Below are positions 12,715 through 26,000 of a DNA stretch of 64,000 nt, in pieces. Made by a program: the position numbers and the translations under genes. Source of the DNA: Raillietiella orientalis (Eukaryota); the NCBI GenBank assembly GCA_036172245.1, contig JAYWIR010000025.1, positions 2,542,001-2,606,000 on the forward strand. The letters run 5' to 3'. Position 1 is the first letter of the stretch; every line of letters starts with the position of its first letter. A model generated the notes under the pieces. The model ran no database searches, was not told where the DNA came from, and saw only the letters and a list, made by a program, of their open reading frames with translations.

Positions 12715-15700
12715 TTTTTAGTAGAACACCATGTTATTTTCTTGGTTTTCATGAGGTCTGCAAAACAGCAGCATGTGAGTCATTTAGTGAGAAGAACACA
12801 AGGGAATTACAAATTACATATCAGAATGTGATTTTACTTTGCATAAAATTAGCAGCCATGAATTTCATCACTGTGAACCTTGATGCATATCTAAAATGCA
12901 AAAAGTGGTGTATTTATGTCTGATTAATCAATTTTTGTTTTGTGCTTTTATTCAAATGTGCAAATGTATAAAGTTGAAGATTTCTGTACTTTAGTAAACA
13001 GATGTTCCAACATTATTTTTACTGATCCCATAAATGGTCTAGTATTGTATAGTATTGTCTTAATTATGCCATCATACATTATGTATACAGTTAAATAGAT
13101 AAAAAAAGGTATCCTATCTTTAAGATATGAATAGATTCATTAGTGATTTCTGCCCAGTTTCATGAGTTTCATGATCCACTAAATTGTTTAAGGTGCTTTC
13201 TTGCAAACCATAATTTATGTGGTAATATCAAATCATACAATAGATGAATGAGTGTGATTGCATAAAACAAAAACATCATCACAGCTGTTTATAGTCTTTC
13301 AGTGCCATATAAATAAAAGTGAACTGATTGAGCACCTTTCTCAGTTCATTTTCTTTTAAAATGTTGAATCCCCCTTTTTTTTTTTTTTTTTTTTCTGCAA
13401 TGATCAGTTTAATTTGATGTGACAAATGGATGTTCCATTCTAGTCCAGTTTACAAAAGTTTTCGTTTTTTTACAAATCCACAGCTGGTGGATAAAACTTC
13501 CGATGGTGCAAAGTATACAGTCCACCTGAGTGCATGGTCTTGAGAAATGCAGCTTGGCTATGCAGACATGGAGCAGCATGACATTGTGGTCCGCACAGAC
13601 ATTTGTGGCTTGAGTTGATGTCTCAGTTTGCAGCTTCTTGAAACCCATCAAATATTACAGCCTTTCTGATCCTTAAAGTTTCTAGCTGTATTCAGGCAGC
13701 ACTGCAATTGCAAATCTAATGCCTTTGTTGTTGCATTAGGCAAACCTTCTTTGTCCTGTCTAATGTGACTGTATGCAATTGTAAAACTGCACCAGCAGTT
13801 ATATGTGTACGCAAAACTTTCTCATTGACTGGCAGAGTTTTGTGAAGTAATTGACAGACAATAATTACATTCTATGTTGCCATTTTGTTAATGGCCACAT
13901 AGAATGCAATTATTGTCTTCAAAAGCCATTCATGAAGCTTGTGGATTTCTTTATTTTTTATCATAGTCAGTTTACATTGCTCCACCCTCCTCTGTTTTAC
14001 AAAGGCACTCCTGTAGTAATTACAATTTATGTTATCTTATTCTAAGGCTCTCTTTTCATATGCAAACCTTTTTAAAACTATTAGCTTTGAAGCTATTTCT
14101 GCAAGTAGGTCTTCTAAAGGTATTCCATTATGTATGCATGTGGTATGGCTAATACTCTGTACAGGTCAATGTTCATCGATTTACCAGGATTCCATTCAAT
14201 ATGAAGATCCTGAGGTCATCAATTGGATTGGTTTGTGGTGCTAGGAGGCAATAGCCAGTGCTGGTTTTGCATCTATCAGCTTTATGCACAGCACCTTGCG
14301 CTAGGAAAATGCGCCTTTGATGACGTTATATTTTTGTTCTTCATTTAGTCTTCCAAATCGAAGTCATCCTTCAAACAGTCTCATTTGATTGATGCGGTGA
14401 TACTTTTCACATTCTTGACATACTAACTTTTTACTCCAATTGATAACCATCGATTGCGGCTTTCGCAAACATTTCGTTCGTGCTCTAACAAGAGTTACGA
14501 AATCTTTAATGAAATTGAATCCGAATATTCCCTGGTACAAATCTACGAAATATTCTTAATAAAATACCGGTGTCTTATCGGGAATCGGTTTCCACTGAAC
14601 CCCGTTCTTGTCATCTCTACTAATGGCTCGAAATTGAAACTGTTCACCCTTTTAAGTACACTTCGTTATCCAGATTCCCAAGGCGATGAGCTTACATTAT
14701 TTTCCAAACTGGGCTGCAGTTAACGGTCGTTCTCTCTCTCACCAACTGTTGATATAATGAGAATTCCTTGACTAAAACATGAGGAACCCCTTAAGCAGTT
14801 CTTCATTCTCAGACGTGACCGTTATCTTTCAATCTGGACCATTGCTGCCAAGCCTTCGAAAGTTTTTTTTTTTTTTTTTGGCTTTTCTGGAAGTTCGAGA
14901 TGCTGCTCCAAGTGAGGTCAAAGTTGGTACTGGGGGACCGACTTGCTTGCTATCCGTGTTTTCAGTGACTCAATGCTCTCGGATGAAACTTCACTCCCTC
15001 TATTACTGTATTGCACTCAATTAGACGGCTGTTGATCGTGGTGGGTATTTCTTGAAGTGCCTACGAAGGTCAACAAGCAGAACTTGAGAACAGGCTTGAT
15101 ACATGCCCGACTTGGATAAGTGAAGAACCCTCTTTCATCCTCGAAAAATCATTAATGACTATAATTTTAGGGGAACAAGGCATGGGTCTGAGCTGGAGAA
15201 GTGTTTCTTTGATTGTGATCAATAAACATACTATTTTTCTTGTGCAATCATGAAATGCGTTATTCCTGTTGCATCGTTGAATAATTCCATTAATGCAAGC
15301 GAGGGGGATTAAATTAGTAGATAAACTGTTCTCGCTAATCCGTGTAGGCACGCAATTAAGATGATACTCCTACAGTGTGGTTTACAGGAGTACTGGATTA
15401 GAGATGATGAAGGCTCATTAGATGATCAATTTATATATTTAATTAGTAAGAAATTGCAGCGTGTGCAAAAATAGCGTCTTCTTACTATATACACATCGAC
15501 TTAACTAATCACATAGGATGGCTATTTTATAATTCTCACATATACTCGAATGTGATTGGAAGTAATATCTAGTAAAACAGGCATGATTTACATGACCAGC
15601 TTGAAACTCAAGCCCAAACTATTGGATATGTCTGTGTATACATGTAAAAGTATACCATACTCTGTTTTTGAGACATATTGATAGAATGGAAGAGAGATAA

Positions 15701-18114
15701 ATATTCTGAGTCAATATGACTAGCAGACTACTTTTTTTTTTTTTTTTATTAAATCCTTATTTTTTGAGATTTTCTCATTCTCCCTTTTTTGCAGCATGCT
15801 TTTTTTATACACGAAGGATTTTTTGTTCATGTGTGTGTGTATGTTATTTCCTAGAAAGTTTATCAGTAGAACTGTTCTAAAAAGATTTATTGGTTTGATA
15901 AGAGCACGTATTGTGAGTTTTCAGGTTTTCATAACATGAGATTTCTCCAAGCTGTCCTTGATATTTTCTTTTGAAACATCCTTTTCATCACCGCAAACTG
16001 CTTGGAAACATCCTCTTTAGTTTTATTCTCTCTTTTGGCATATGACACCGATATTGAAAAAGTCGCTTGTCTAAAGACAGGGGTAAAGGAATACCTCTGA
16101 AAAGAAACTTGCCTATGTTTGCCTATCTCTAAAGTACTGAGGGACTTGAAAATTCCTTTAAAAATTTTCTCTGTATATTCACTTCCCGTTTTCATTTCTC
16201 ATTTTCTAAAATCATGATGTCCTCCATTAGATCACCTTCATTTTGCACTCTTCAGAAACTAAACTCTCAGAAACTATAGGTTTTCTTTATAATATCACAG
16301 GTATGCAATTTGTTTGTATATTTTTCTATTGAATAACGTAAAGTATGCATCAAATCTTGGGATATCCCAAATTAGGGTGATAATTTTTTTTTATTTATAA
16401 ATTATTATTTCTTAAGCGCTAAGATCTTATTTTAAGGCAGTACCGACGAGCATAGTTGTAATTTTTTTTTCTCGTTTTTTTGTTAAAGCACTCTTGGCCT
16501 GCCGATTTAATGCGGCAATCCTCGTATGGTTCTGATGCGTGCTCTGAGAGCTACGAGCATTTTAGTAATATCAACAGGAAAAAAATATTTCTATGAACAT
16601 ATTATGTTTCGGTGAAAATAGATGTTCCGCGAGGTGTGGTTGCATATAGATTATGTTGCTGCATAATCAATGTCCACATCTCTCGTAATAAAAGTAATTT
16701 ATGCAAATGATTTACTCTTGCAAAAAAAGAAACGATCTTCATTGGGTGAAGTATTAAAAGGAATGCATAGATACAGGCGATGTAGGGGAGGAGGACATGT
16801 GGCATGACTACCGCAGATTCTTCTGCTGTTGAAAACCGCTTACAAGGATTTGGAGGAAATTTTCTGCTGGTAGATTTGATCCTCAAGCGTTTTCCATGGT
16901 AACCAATGAGATCACGTTTTCTCCCAACATTTTATGAAAGAGATCAAGCAGATTCCCGAGAATGAGTGTATCCAGCCTTCTAAACTAGCATCAGTCACTT
17001 GATTTAATGCGGTATGCCTCAAGTGAGTCTCTTGTGCAAAACAATGTAAATGGGCTATAAAAAATGAAGTTCCTCCCTAGGTTTCCTATTTACTCACTTT
17101 TTGTTTAGTGCAACGGTTTAGATGATTTACTAGTTTCATGAACGAAAAAACGATCATTAGTGAGATCATCCCTGTAACCATAGAGGATCTTAATGTTACA
17201 TCCCCGTATGGTTATAAGGATGTACTATTAAGATTATTTACGTCGACTGTATACTGCTTACCAAATAGATACTTCTGCTTTTGTCGCCTTCAGATTTCTT
17301 TATGAAGTCATATCCGTTTTTCGCAAGATATTTATATGCTTTTAGTTTCCCGTTATCTGGACAAAGTGGAAAACTTGGAGAATCTTTTAAGGAAGCGAGG
17401 AAATTGTATTGCAACTCGCAAAAAATTCCATTAAATAGAAAAATGGAAAATTTATTTTTTAAAATTCAATTTTTATACCTTTTCTCTCTTTTCTCTTGTA
17501 TGTAATTTGCAGCGAGTCATTCTCAGCTTCTACCCAAGGACTTTTGATCTTCTAGAGGAACTAACCATCAGATATTCACTGTAAACACCATCACTATTGT
17601 TAATATCTCTTGCATTAGCCTCAATACGATTGTAACATTTTGGGAAAGCTCGGGTAGATCTCATTTTGAAAGCAAAAACATTAATTTACAGGTGCATTCC
17701 TTTTTGTCTTCGTGACTGTTACCAATTGCGTTTGTTGTTATAATTCAAGTCTGTATTTGAAGTGGAGGTTTTGGGGAATTTGATCGATATCACCGTTATA
17801 TGTGGATCATAAATAGCGTATCCCTCTAAAAGTTTTAAGTTTTGTTAGCCTACGGAGGTCTTAGATTTGTTCACACAAACTAGAACTACGTACTTTGGTA
17901 CGCTTGTTTTGGTACAGTTTTGAGATGTTTGGATCGGATCGAAAGATGGCAAGTATAATCTTCGAGCAATCATTTTCGTTTGAAGTTTCCATGAAAATAC
18001 AGAGGATGAAAACAGAGCTGCTCTTTCAGAGCTGCGCTCCATGATTGAGCGTGTTGAAATACGTGCTGCAGCACGTTTTCGTTTCGCGTGCAGCTTTTCT
18101 AACACCCAGTTTTG

Positions 18115-19850
18115 GATTCTCACCCGGGTGCGCCGGGACGTTTATTCTCGCGAATAAAACATTTTACAGATCTGTGGCTGGACCACTGGTCTAGCCACGC
18201 GCTAGATGATCAAGGCCTGCTGGGTCACCGGTTCGCAGACAGGTGCGGTCCACCTCGGCAGCAGAGGGGAGGGGGGTGCAAAAAAAACAAAAACAAAAAT
18301 GAAAGATAAACAGAAGAACTGAGAGGGCGCGGGAAGGGATCACAGTCTGCTGGGAGGGTTCGTCACATCCTCTGGAGGATACCGGCAAGCTCTTCCTGAA
18401 TGTTGGGTTCCAGATGGGGCCATCGCGTCGCCATCCTCAAGAAGCAGACGGCGTATTCGCTGGCCTCCCTATTGCTGGGTTCTCCCGTCGCGTTGCTCCA
18501 TGAAGCGACGATCCCGCGTAGGCAGCACAGAGCTGCTAGCGAGGCCACTCGCAGGAGAGCGTCTCGAACGAATTGGGGTCGTATAGGGTCTCTGGGGTTG
18601 CCTCTGGGGGTTCCCAGGGCCGTAGAAAAGCGTCCCATAGGAACCAGAGGGCAACACAGATACAAACGATGTAAGGGGGAGGATATGTGGCATGACTACT
18701 GCAGATTCTTCTGCTGTTGTCTTAAAAACCGCTTACAAGGAAACCGCCTGTTGGCAAGGATCCGTGAACAACGTGCGGCACAGGTGCGAAGATTCCTGTT
18801 CGCGCGGCATAACAACCACACGCTCTGAGAGATCCTGGAGGATCCCCGAAAAAGCACGTGGGCAGGAAGAACTTCCCTTGCTGTGGCGTTGCGGCGTTGC
18901 AGATGTGACGAACCCTCCCAGCAGACTGTGATCCCTTCCCGTGCCCTCTCAGTTCTTTTATTTATCTTTCATTTTTGCTTTTGTTTTTTTGTTTGTACCC
19001 CTTTCCCCTCTGCTGCCGAGGTGGACTAACCGTGGTGGAGGGATTCCCGATCCCCGCACCTGACACAATTGGGGTCTACACCCCCTCGTGTCCAGTGGTG
19101 ACGGCGGGCGTTGCCCAGGAGACCCTAGTGCAGCACCAACAGCGCCGACTGCTGCCACTTCATGGGGAGGGTGAGCGTGTTCATAAGCACCGGGGGCCAC
19201 TTCAGATGTTCCACCGAAACATCCAGCAGCTCACCCCAGCTCTAGACCCCATGTGGGGTTGTATTCGGGGTCGCAGCATTGGTCAGCTAACCCGTTTTCT
19301 ATTCCCCGATCTTCTTCTCCTATCCCGAGATCTTCACGAAAACCTCCCATTTTGCCGCCGTGTTGCTGCCCAGATGTTTCCTGAGGGAGGGCAACGCCGC
19401 AGCAAGGGAAGTTCTTCCTGCCCACACGCTTTTTTCGGGAATCCTCCAGGATCTCTCGGAGCGTGAGGTTGTTATGCCGCGCGAACAGGAATCTTCGCAC
19501 CTGTTCCGCGCGTTGTTCGTGGATCTTTGCCCACAGGCGAACGGTTTCCTGAAACCAGGCACTACCGTTCGCGGGGCGGATGGAGATTCATCCCGGGTTG
19601 GTCCTCACGAGTTTGACCGTCCTCCGAAGCTGCAGTCCGCAGTGGCAGATGGGGCTTCGGAGCGCAAGGTAGGACGCAAGTTCCGCGTTGCTGGTGGCCT
19701 GCTCGACGAGGCGTGCAGGGTCGCACCAGGTGGTGCTCCAATTCCTCGCCACGATGGCAACCATCCGGAAATGAAGCTGACTCTCCAGCCGCTCCAGCGT
19801 CAGGAGGCTGAGGATTCATTTTTCGAGGATGAAGTTCCCAATTCCTCATG
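18115..19850 (-). mobile_element. Family A L1/Tx1 LINE 3' fragment A1, interrupted by a templated mosaic insertion
   Basis: ORF2 C-terminus (LHWGL...CGDRESLHH zf-RVT-like; ...LAALCCLRGIVA...LAGILQRM) and 3' UTR are collinear with 48700-49828. It ends in AATAAACGTCCCGGCGCACCCGGGTGAGAATC. Confidence 0.8.
18665..19026. repeat. ~360-bp mosaic of three locally copied segments
   Basis: 18658-18741 is a direct copy of 16769-16848. 18738-18892 is an inverted copy of 19391-19550. 18902-19026 is an inverted copy of 18248-18369. Confidence 0.85.
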
Positions 19851-22074
19851 AATCTCTCGCTCGCTATTCTTCTTACAGCTGCTTACAGAACGGAAACCTG
19901 AATGTTTCCATTGGGACAGGTTTTTCTTCCTTATTTGATTTTCGTCCCCAGTAGACTCAGACCTCTGTGTTTAGATGCATGTGTTAATACATGTGGAAGG
20001 TTGTTTCCTCTTTGGATGTTCCGTTGCTTGATGTCCGTCTCTTGATCACATTTCAAAAAAAAAAAAAAAAAAAAACTGCCCTCCCATGGGAAGAATACCC
20101 GTCAAAGCGAGCATTGGAAACGGTAAAAACAGAAAGAAGAAGAAGAAATGGGTGGCTTTAGCAATTGGACAAGCAGCAGAACTGTTTGGCAAGAATTGAG
20201 CAGAAACTGAAAAGCTTCTCGTTTCGTCCCCGTACGAAGCTTGCATAACAGCGCTGCAAATGCAAATAGGTGCTCTTTTCTGAGATGATGTAGGTCAAGA
20301 ATCCTCGCAAGTGTTGTAAGGCGACTGTGAAGTGGTCAGGGATACTTGCTATGGTTGGGGAGGGCGAGTCTCTGAGATCTTCGTGGTTTCCCGTGGGCCG
20401 ACGAGGAAGGTCTTCGATGGATGGAAAGAACTCTGCTGCATGTCGACTTGGCTGACAACTCCTCAAGGTTTCCCCCCGTAACGAGGGAGGAGGCCGATTG
20501 CAAGGCACCACGTTCGATTGCCCGGTTTGTTTTTGTGGGAGATTGGTACGCGCCTCGGAAATTCTCGTTCCATAGGCAACTATTTATAATTCGAAAGTTC
20601 GTTGGAAAGGTACATGTGCACCCGAATGCATACAAGCTCGAATATTCTCAAGCAGCCTTCCTCGTTTCCTGCCTTGTTGAAGGTTCAGAGGGTTTTTTTG
20701 CATCCCGGTGTAGGTTCCAGCAGTTTCCCATGCCGAGGCTTCTCCAGCTTCAAAAGTTGTTTCGTGTTGGAATGCATACATCACTTGGGCCCCTTTTACA
20801 TTTTGGTTTTTGCTGCACCGTGTCACGACCACGGAATCCTGTAGCTATGGCAACTTGTGCCCGATTTTCAAATGTTTTTCTGGAAAGCCGTGTAATAGAA
20901 GTAGTATTCCAAATGTTCGTTTGCCCCAGTAGACGTTGGTCGAAAATCGAATTGCATTCATTTTACAGGATTTACTGCGTGCGAGACCGATGTGGATTTG
21001 CTTGTTTGTTTGCCTGTTAGAGTAATGTTTGGAATGAGGATGTGCATCCAGTGTGAAAGCTTACCGAATAAATTACGGCATAAACAGGAAGTAATGCAAG
21101 CATTGTTTTTATAGTATTCATTTGTTTCCTTGAAGAAGAAGCTCCTTTTGTGCCTTAGAAACACTGAATGAATTACTAACGATTAATCATGCTTTGTGGA
21201 TAAGCTTCAATCCATGCATGGCAATTGGAGCTCAGAAGGAAAAATTTGGCTTTCTTTGTTTGTATATACATTTTTCCCTTATAAAATATCTCTTTTTGCA
21301 TCATCTTTGTATACAGAAAAACATACATCAGAAACGAATCTATTGCATAATTAAAGTGCATTTACTTTTTTGATCTCTAACAATAAAGTGATGCATGCAA
21401 AGATTTCTGTGCATTGCCATGTTTAATGAATGTTAAGATGCATCACACTCTTGAAGTGTGTGTTGAATTTATGTGTACTATATGTTCCGAACCAACAATT
21501 TAGTTTTCCTTTGAGTATTGTTGTATTGTCCTCAATACAGATACTTCAGAAAATTGAATTGTTACTGAATTTGAGGGTTTGCTTATGCAATTTTTAATGT
21601 TTCAAATACTTTTGATTAAATTGTATTCGGAAGGAGTTATGAGAAAGTGTGCAATTACATGCAGATAATGCATGGAACTTCAACTTTTCAAAGCATTTAT
21701 GGAATAATAGTATTTGTATAATAATTGTATTAAGATTCCTTGCAATGATTAAAATTTATCTCAGTATTGTCAATTGTGTATTATTATTTATTCTACTGTT
21801 TATACATGTGCTCATTTTTTATAGGTAATGAAGAACCCTTACTACACTTATAATTGAAATTCAGTTTACAATGTACACGTTCAGTTTGTGGAAACATGAA
21901 GACAAATGGCATTCTGGAATGTGGTGCCTATTTTTGAAAACATGACGTTAATATTGTGGCTGCCACCCTCATTGTGGCTTTATTTTTATTTTTTTTAGCT
22001 TTGATATAGCTTTGAAAGATGGCACAATTTTATTTCAATTTTTTTCTCTTTGTGCCCAGTTATGATTGACAACT

Positions 22075-23075
22075 ATGGCTACTAATAAAATTGACTTGAA
22101 TGTCAATAAGAATGATGCAGTCTCCAATAAAGTTGAGGGACGCACTAATTTGATCATCAATTATCTTCCTCAAAGTATGACTGACAAGGAATTATACAGT
22201 ATGTTCATGACGATTGGGCCCCTTAAGAATTGTCGTATCATGAAGGATTATAAGGTTGTTTTATCAAGGTTGGTGGGTGGTGATGCAAGTCCTTGCAGAC
22301 AGGCTACAGTTATGGGTTTGGTTTTGTGGAATACCAGAGATTAGAAGATGCAAGTCGTGCCATCCAGACCCTTAATGGGTTGCAAGTAATGAATAAGAAG
22401 ATCAAGGTTTCTTATGCTCGACCTCCTGGAGAGTCTATTAAAGATACCAACTTGTATGTCACAGGATTACCTCGTAACATATCACAGGAAGAATTGGAAA
22501 AGCTATTTGGAAAATATGGGAAAATAGTGCAAAGTAATTTATTGAAAGATAAGCTGACAGGCATGCCTAGAGGAGTAGCTTTTGTTAGGTTAGTTGTGTT
22601 GATGGTAGACTTTCTATTCTGTGTTTCTAGATTTGATCAGAAAGAAGAAGCACAGCAAGCAATTGAACACTTAAATGGTTACTTTATTGAAGAAAATGGA
22701 GAGCCATTGGTTGTTAAAGTAGCTGAAGAGCATGGGAAGCACAAGGCAGCATTTTATGCTGGCTGGCAGGCTGGTCTGAATCAACAAAATCGCCCAAGTC
22801 AGTTCGATACCCAATAAGAATATTCATTCTCTGTAGCATTTCCAGATTCCATGAGAATATTAGAAAACCAGCGAGACATTTTTAATGCAGGAAGAATGCC
22901 ACTTCGTCGGGAAGTTATACTTGGTGGAAGGAACAATTGGATTCCTGGAAATGGTTTAAATCTTAATCGAGGTGGAACTCAAGGAGGATTTGGTGCAATG
23001 AGACAAGAGCGTATCTCTAATAGATACAATCCTATGGGAGTGGGTGGAGGGTACAATTTATATAACTGGAATTAA
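22075..23075 (+). CDS. Sxl: Sex-lethal homolog (two RRMs), ~273-291 aa
   Basis: Exons 22075-22254, 22299-22588, 22631-22797, then a last exon from 22837, 22846 or 22891 to 23075. Diagnostic Sxl motifs: TNLIINYLPQ, DYKTGYS, KVSYARPPGESIKDTNLYV, KDKLTGMPRGVAFVR, AEEHGK. There is no third RRM, so it is not ELAV. Confidence 0.95.
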
Positions 23076-26000
23076 TCTTAAACAATGTGTGCCACGTATA
23101 AATCCAAGATTTCAAATATTTTTATCGTTATGCACATTTGTTTGTTGATTTGAAGCATATCTGGGTTTTAAGCCTGTGCTGAAGCAACATGTTCTTAAAC
23201 TTGCCATGTATATGATCATCCATGTGTTCAAGTGATTCAATGGTTCCTGAGGCAATTGTGTCAAATTTCTTGGGAATTAAGTCAGTGTGTTTCTTGTTTT
23301 GAAAGCCTACAGCAGGATGATGTGTAGTGGATCTTGTGATGTGTGTTTTTTTTTTTAAACAGATTATAAGAAAAGGAAATGAAGTAGTTATCTTGCATTC
23401 GATGATTCCATGTAGCTTTCAAGTAACGGATTAAATAATCTCTGTTATGTGTAACACAATTGTGAAAAATTATTCATGAATTGTGTGCAATGTTTGATTA
23501 TTTGTTATGCACTGTGTATCAGAGCCTCTGTTCTTAATGTATCTTCACCTTTTTTTTTTTTTTTTTCTTTTTCATATCCAGTGTTCAAAAGCTCGGATTA
23601 CGGAAATAGCGATTTTATACAATTTTATATTTGAAGTACATATTTTTAAAATCCATATCTAAGTTTGGGCAGATTGAAGATACAAATTTCCAAACCAGTG
23701 TGGAAACATTGGATTGTCCACCTTTGCCCAATCTACTTTACAATCTTAGTGATTTTAAATTCAGTTTGTTTGTTTGTTTATAATCAAATAACTTGAACAT
23801 GCTGAAAGGAATGGCTACATTTTCGAGTGATTCACTGTACCAAAGTCTGTAATTTTACCATTTGATGTATCTCAAATCCGTCAGTTCCCTAAATCAGAAA
23901 TAAATATTTTACAAATATATTTGTGTGCTGAATTTCATCCTTGTGAAATGACCCAGCGTGCTTGTTGGAAAAATCTCCACTTATGTGATTATTTGGTCTT
24001 TTCAATGTATTAGACATACCAAAGCTAGTACTTTCCCAAAAATTGCGATACCACTTTATTGTGCTACCCGAACATTTGCCACATTTTGCTTGATAGCCAC
24101 TTTAAACACTTCATTTAGTTGAAAGAGCTGATTGATGTTGGTGCAAAATTTGTTTCATGATTATAATTTGTTAAAGTTCGTATCCTTGTAAAGAAAGGTC
24201 TACCGATTACAAACAAATTTATAAGCCGAAAAGTTTACTATTTTTGGGGCGCGTTATAAAGAACTACCAAGACAAAAATGTCTTCTGGGATCCATGGAAC
24301 AAAGATACACACTTATTACATCAGCTTTACGTTGTTCAATATAACAAATTAAACGATGCAATTCGATCTTAATCACTCTTATTTCATTTAAATTAATAAC
24401 ATCAAGCATAAAGGTGCACTTTGTGATGCGCAAAATGTACTCTGAGGAAATGTAATTGTACTAAATAGTCTACCATAAAAGGACCCACATGGCCGATGGT
24501 ACAGAGGGCACTACGCGCTTTTCCTGTTTAAAAGTGGTTTCAAATACTCAGTACAAATTACAAAGAGCGTCCATGAATGGATCGTTTAAATTAGCGGACA
24601 GGAAAAATAGAGCAGTTGACTGCAATCTATTTAGTTATTATTTGAATTGGCTTAGATTCGTTAGCATGCTCTTCAATTTACCAAAGAGAAAGGCATTCGG
24701 CAAAGGCAAATTCAGTTAACTTTGCACAGCGTTGCTATGATGGACGAAAATTCCTACAGACGAATTCAAGTGAGCTAATACGTAAGCGCAGACGTCCCCG
24801 TGAATAAGTTATAAGTGCTTGTTTCCAAACTTCAGTTAAGGATTACAGATGCATTTTCAGAAACGCACCCAGTGGAATTCTACGAACAGCATGGAAACGT
24901 TCCGGAAAAAAGTTATGAGTGAGCCCATTATTCTCGAATATCAGACAGCGTGGTCCAACTACAACCTGGGCCTGCAGCTTCGAGTAATGGCTATACCCTC
25001 GACTTCCTCCGTTTATAAAAAAGAAACATTACTCTAGCCAACGTAAGGAGATTCCTTTTCGTCAGGCAGGATGCTGCGCAACATCACTATGCATGTAACA
25101 TAAAGATGCCAGAATTAAGGGGATTCGATGTATCAATTTTCTTTGAAGTCCGCATGCATTAGCCGATCCTTTGCTTCCCATCGAGTAAGGATGGTTTTCC
25201 AACGTCTCCAGCTTGTCGTCAGTATTCCAGTTTTTGCGGAAAGCTCCTAGCTTTTTTTCTTCCTTGTAAAACAAATGAAAACTGACATAAATAAGCTCAA
25301 AATCAAATAGTTCAAGGTATTACAGATGCGTAAAGCATTTTGATAATTACTTAAATATCAGATACGTTCATCAGTACAAGAGACATATTCGCTATTGCTC
25401 ATTTTTGATATCTATTGGATTTTCACTAGAAAGGGAATGCACACTATTGTGTCCAAAATTCTAAGGGATACTTATTGATATTTTTTGCGATGTACGATTT
25501 GGGATATAATCGAACCATTATCGGACCTTTTATTGGTATTTTTTTTGTTCTTTTATATTATTTCTTTAAGCGATTGTTTTATTGGACTGTACGTGTTTTA
25601 TTTCCCCATAAATATGATTCGGTTGTTTGTACTTTTCGTTTCAGCTTTCAACTGGCATAGGTTTGCTAAAAACATGCCATGAAAACTGTTGACCAAGAAA
25701 TCAGATATCGGTTTCAGGTAATTTTTGTCTTATCTCATAACTTGCTTTTTTGCCGTTGTTGGTGGCCCTATAATAACATCATCAAACCGCATCAGGATCT
25801 CCGTAGTCACTTTTCAAATATTTTGTTACTATCCGCAAGTATGCTACGTCATTTTCTTTCGAAACATGGACACAATGAATCGATGATACATGCATACGTG
25901 TACAATATAGCCTTTTTGGAAAGTTTTTCACTGCACGCATCCAGGCGGAAAGCTTTAAACACGTTTCACGGGTTTGAGATGGGGTGGCGGCGGTAGGTGT

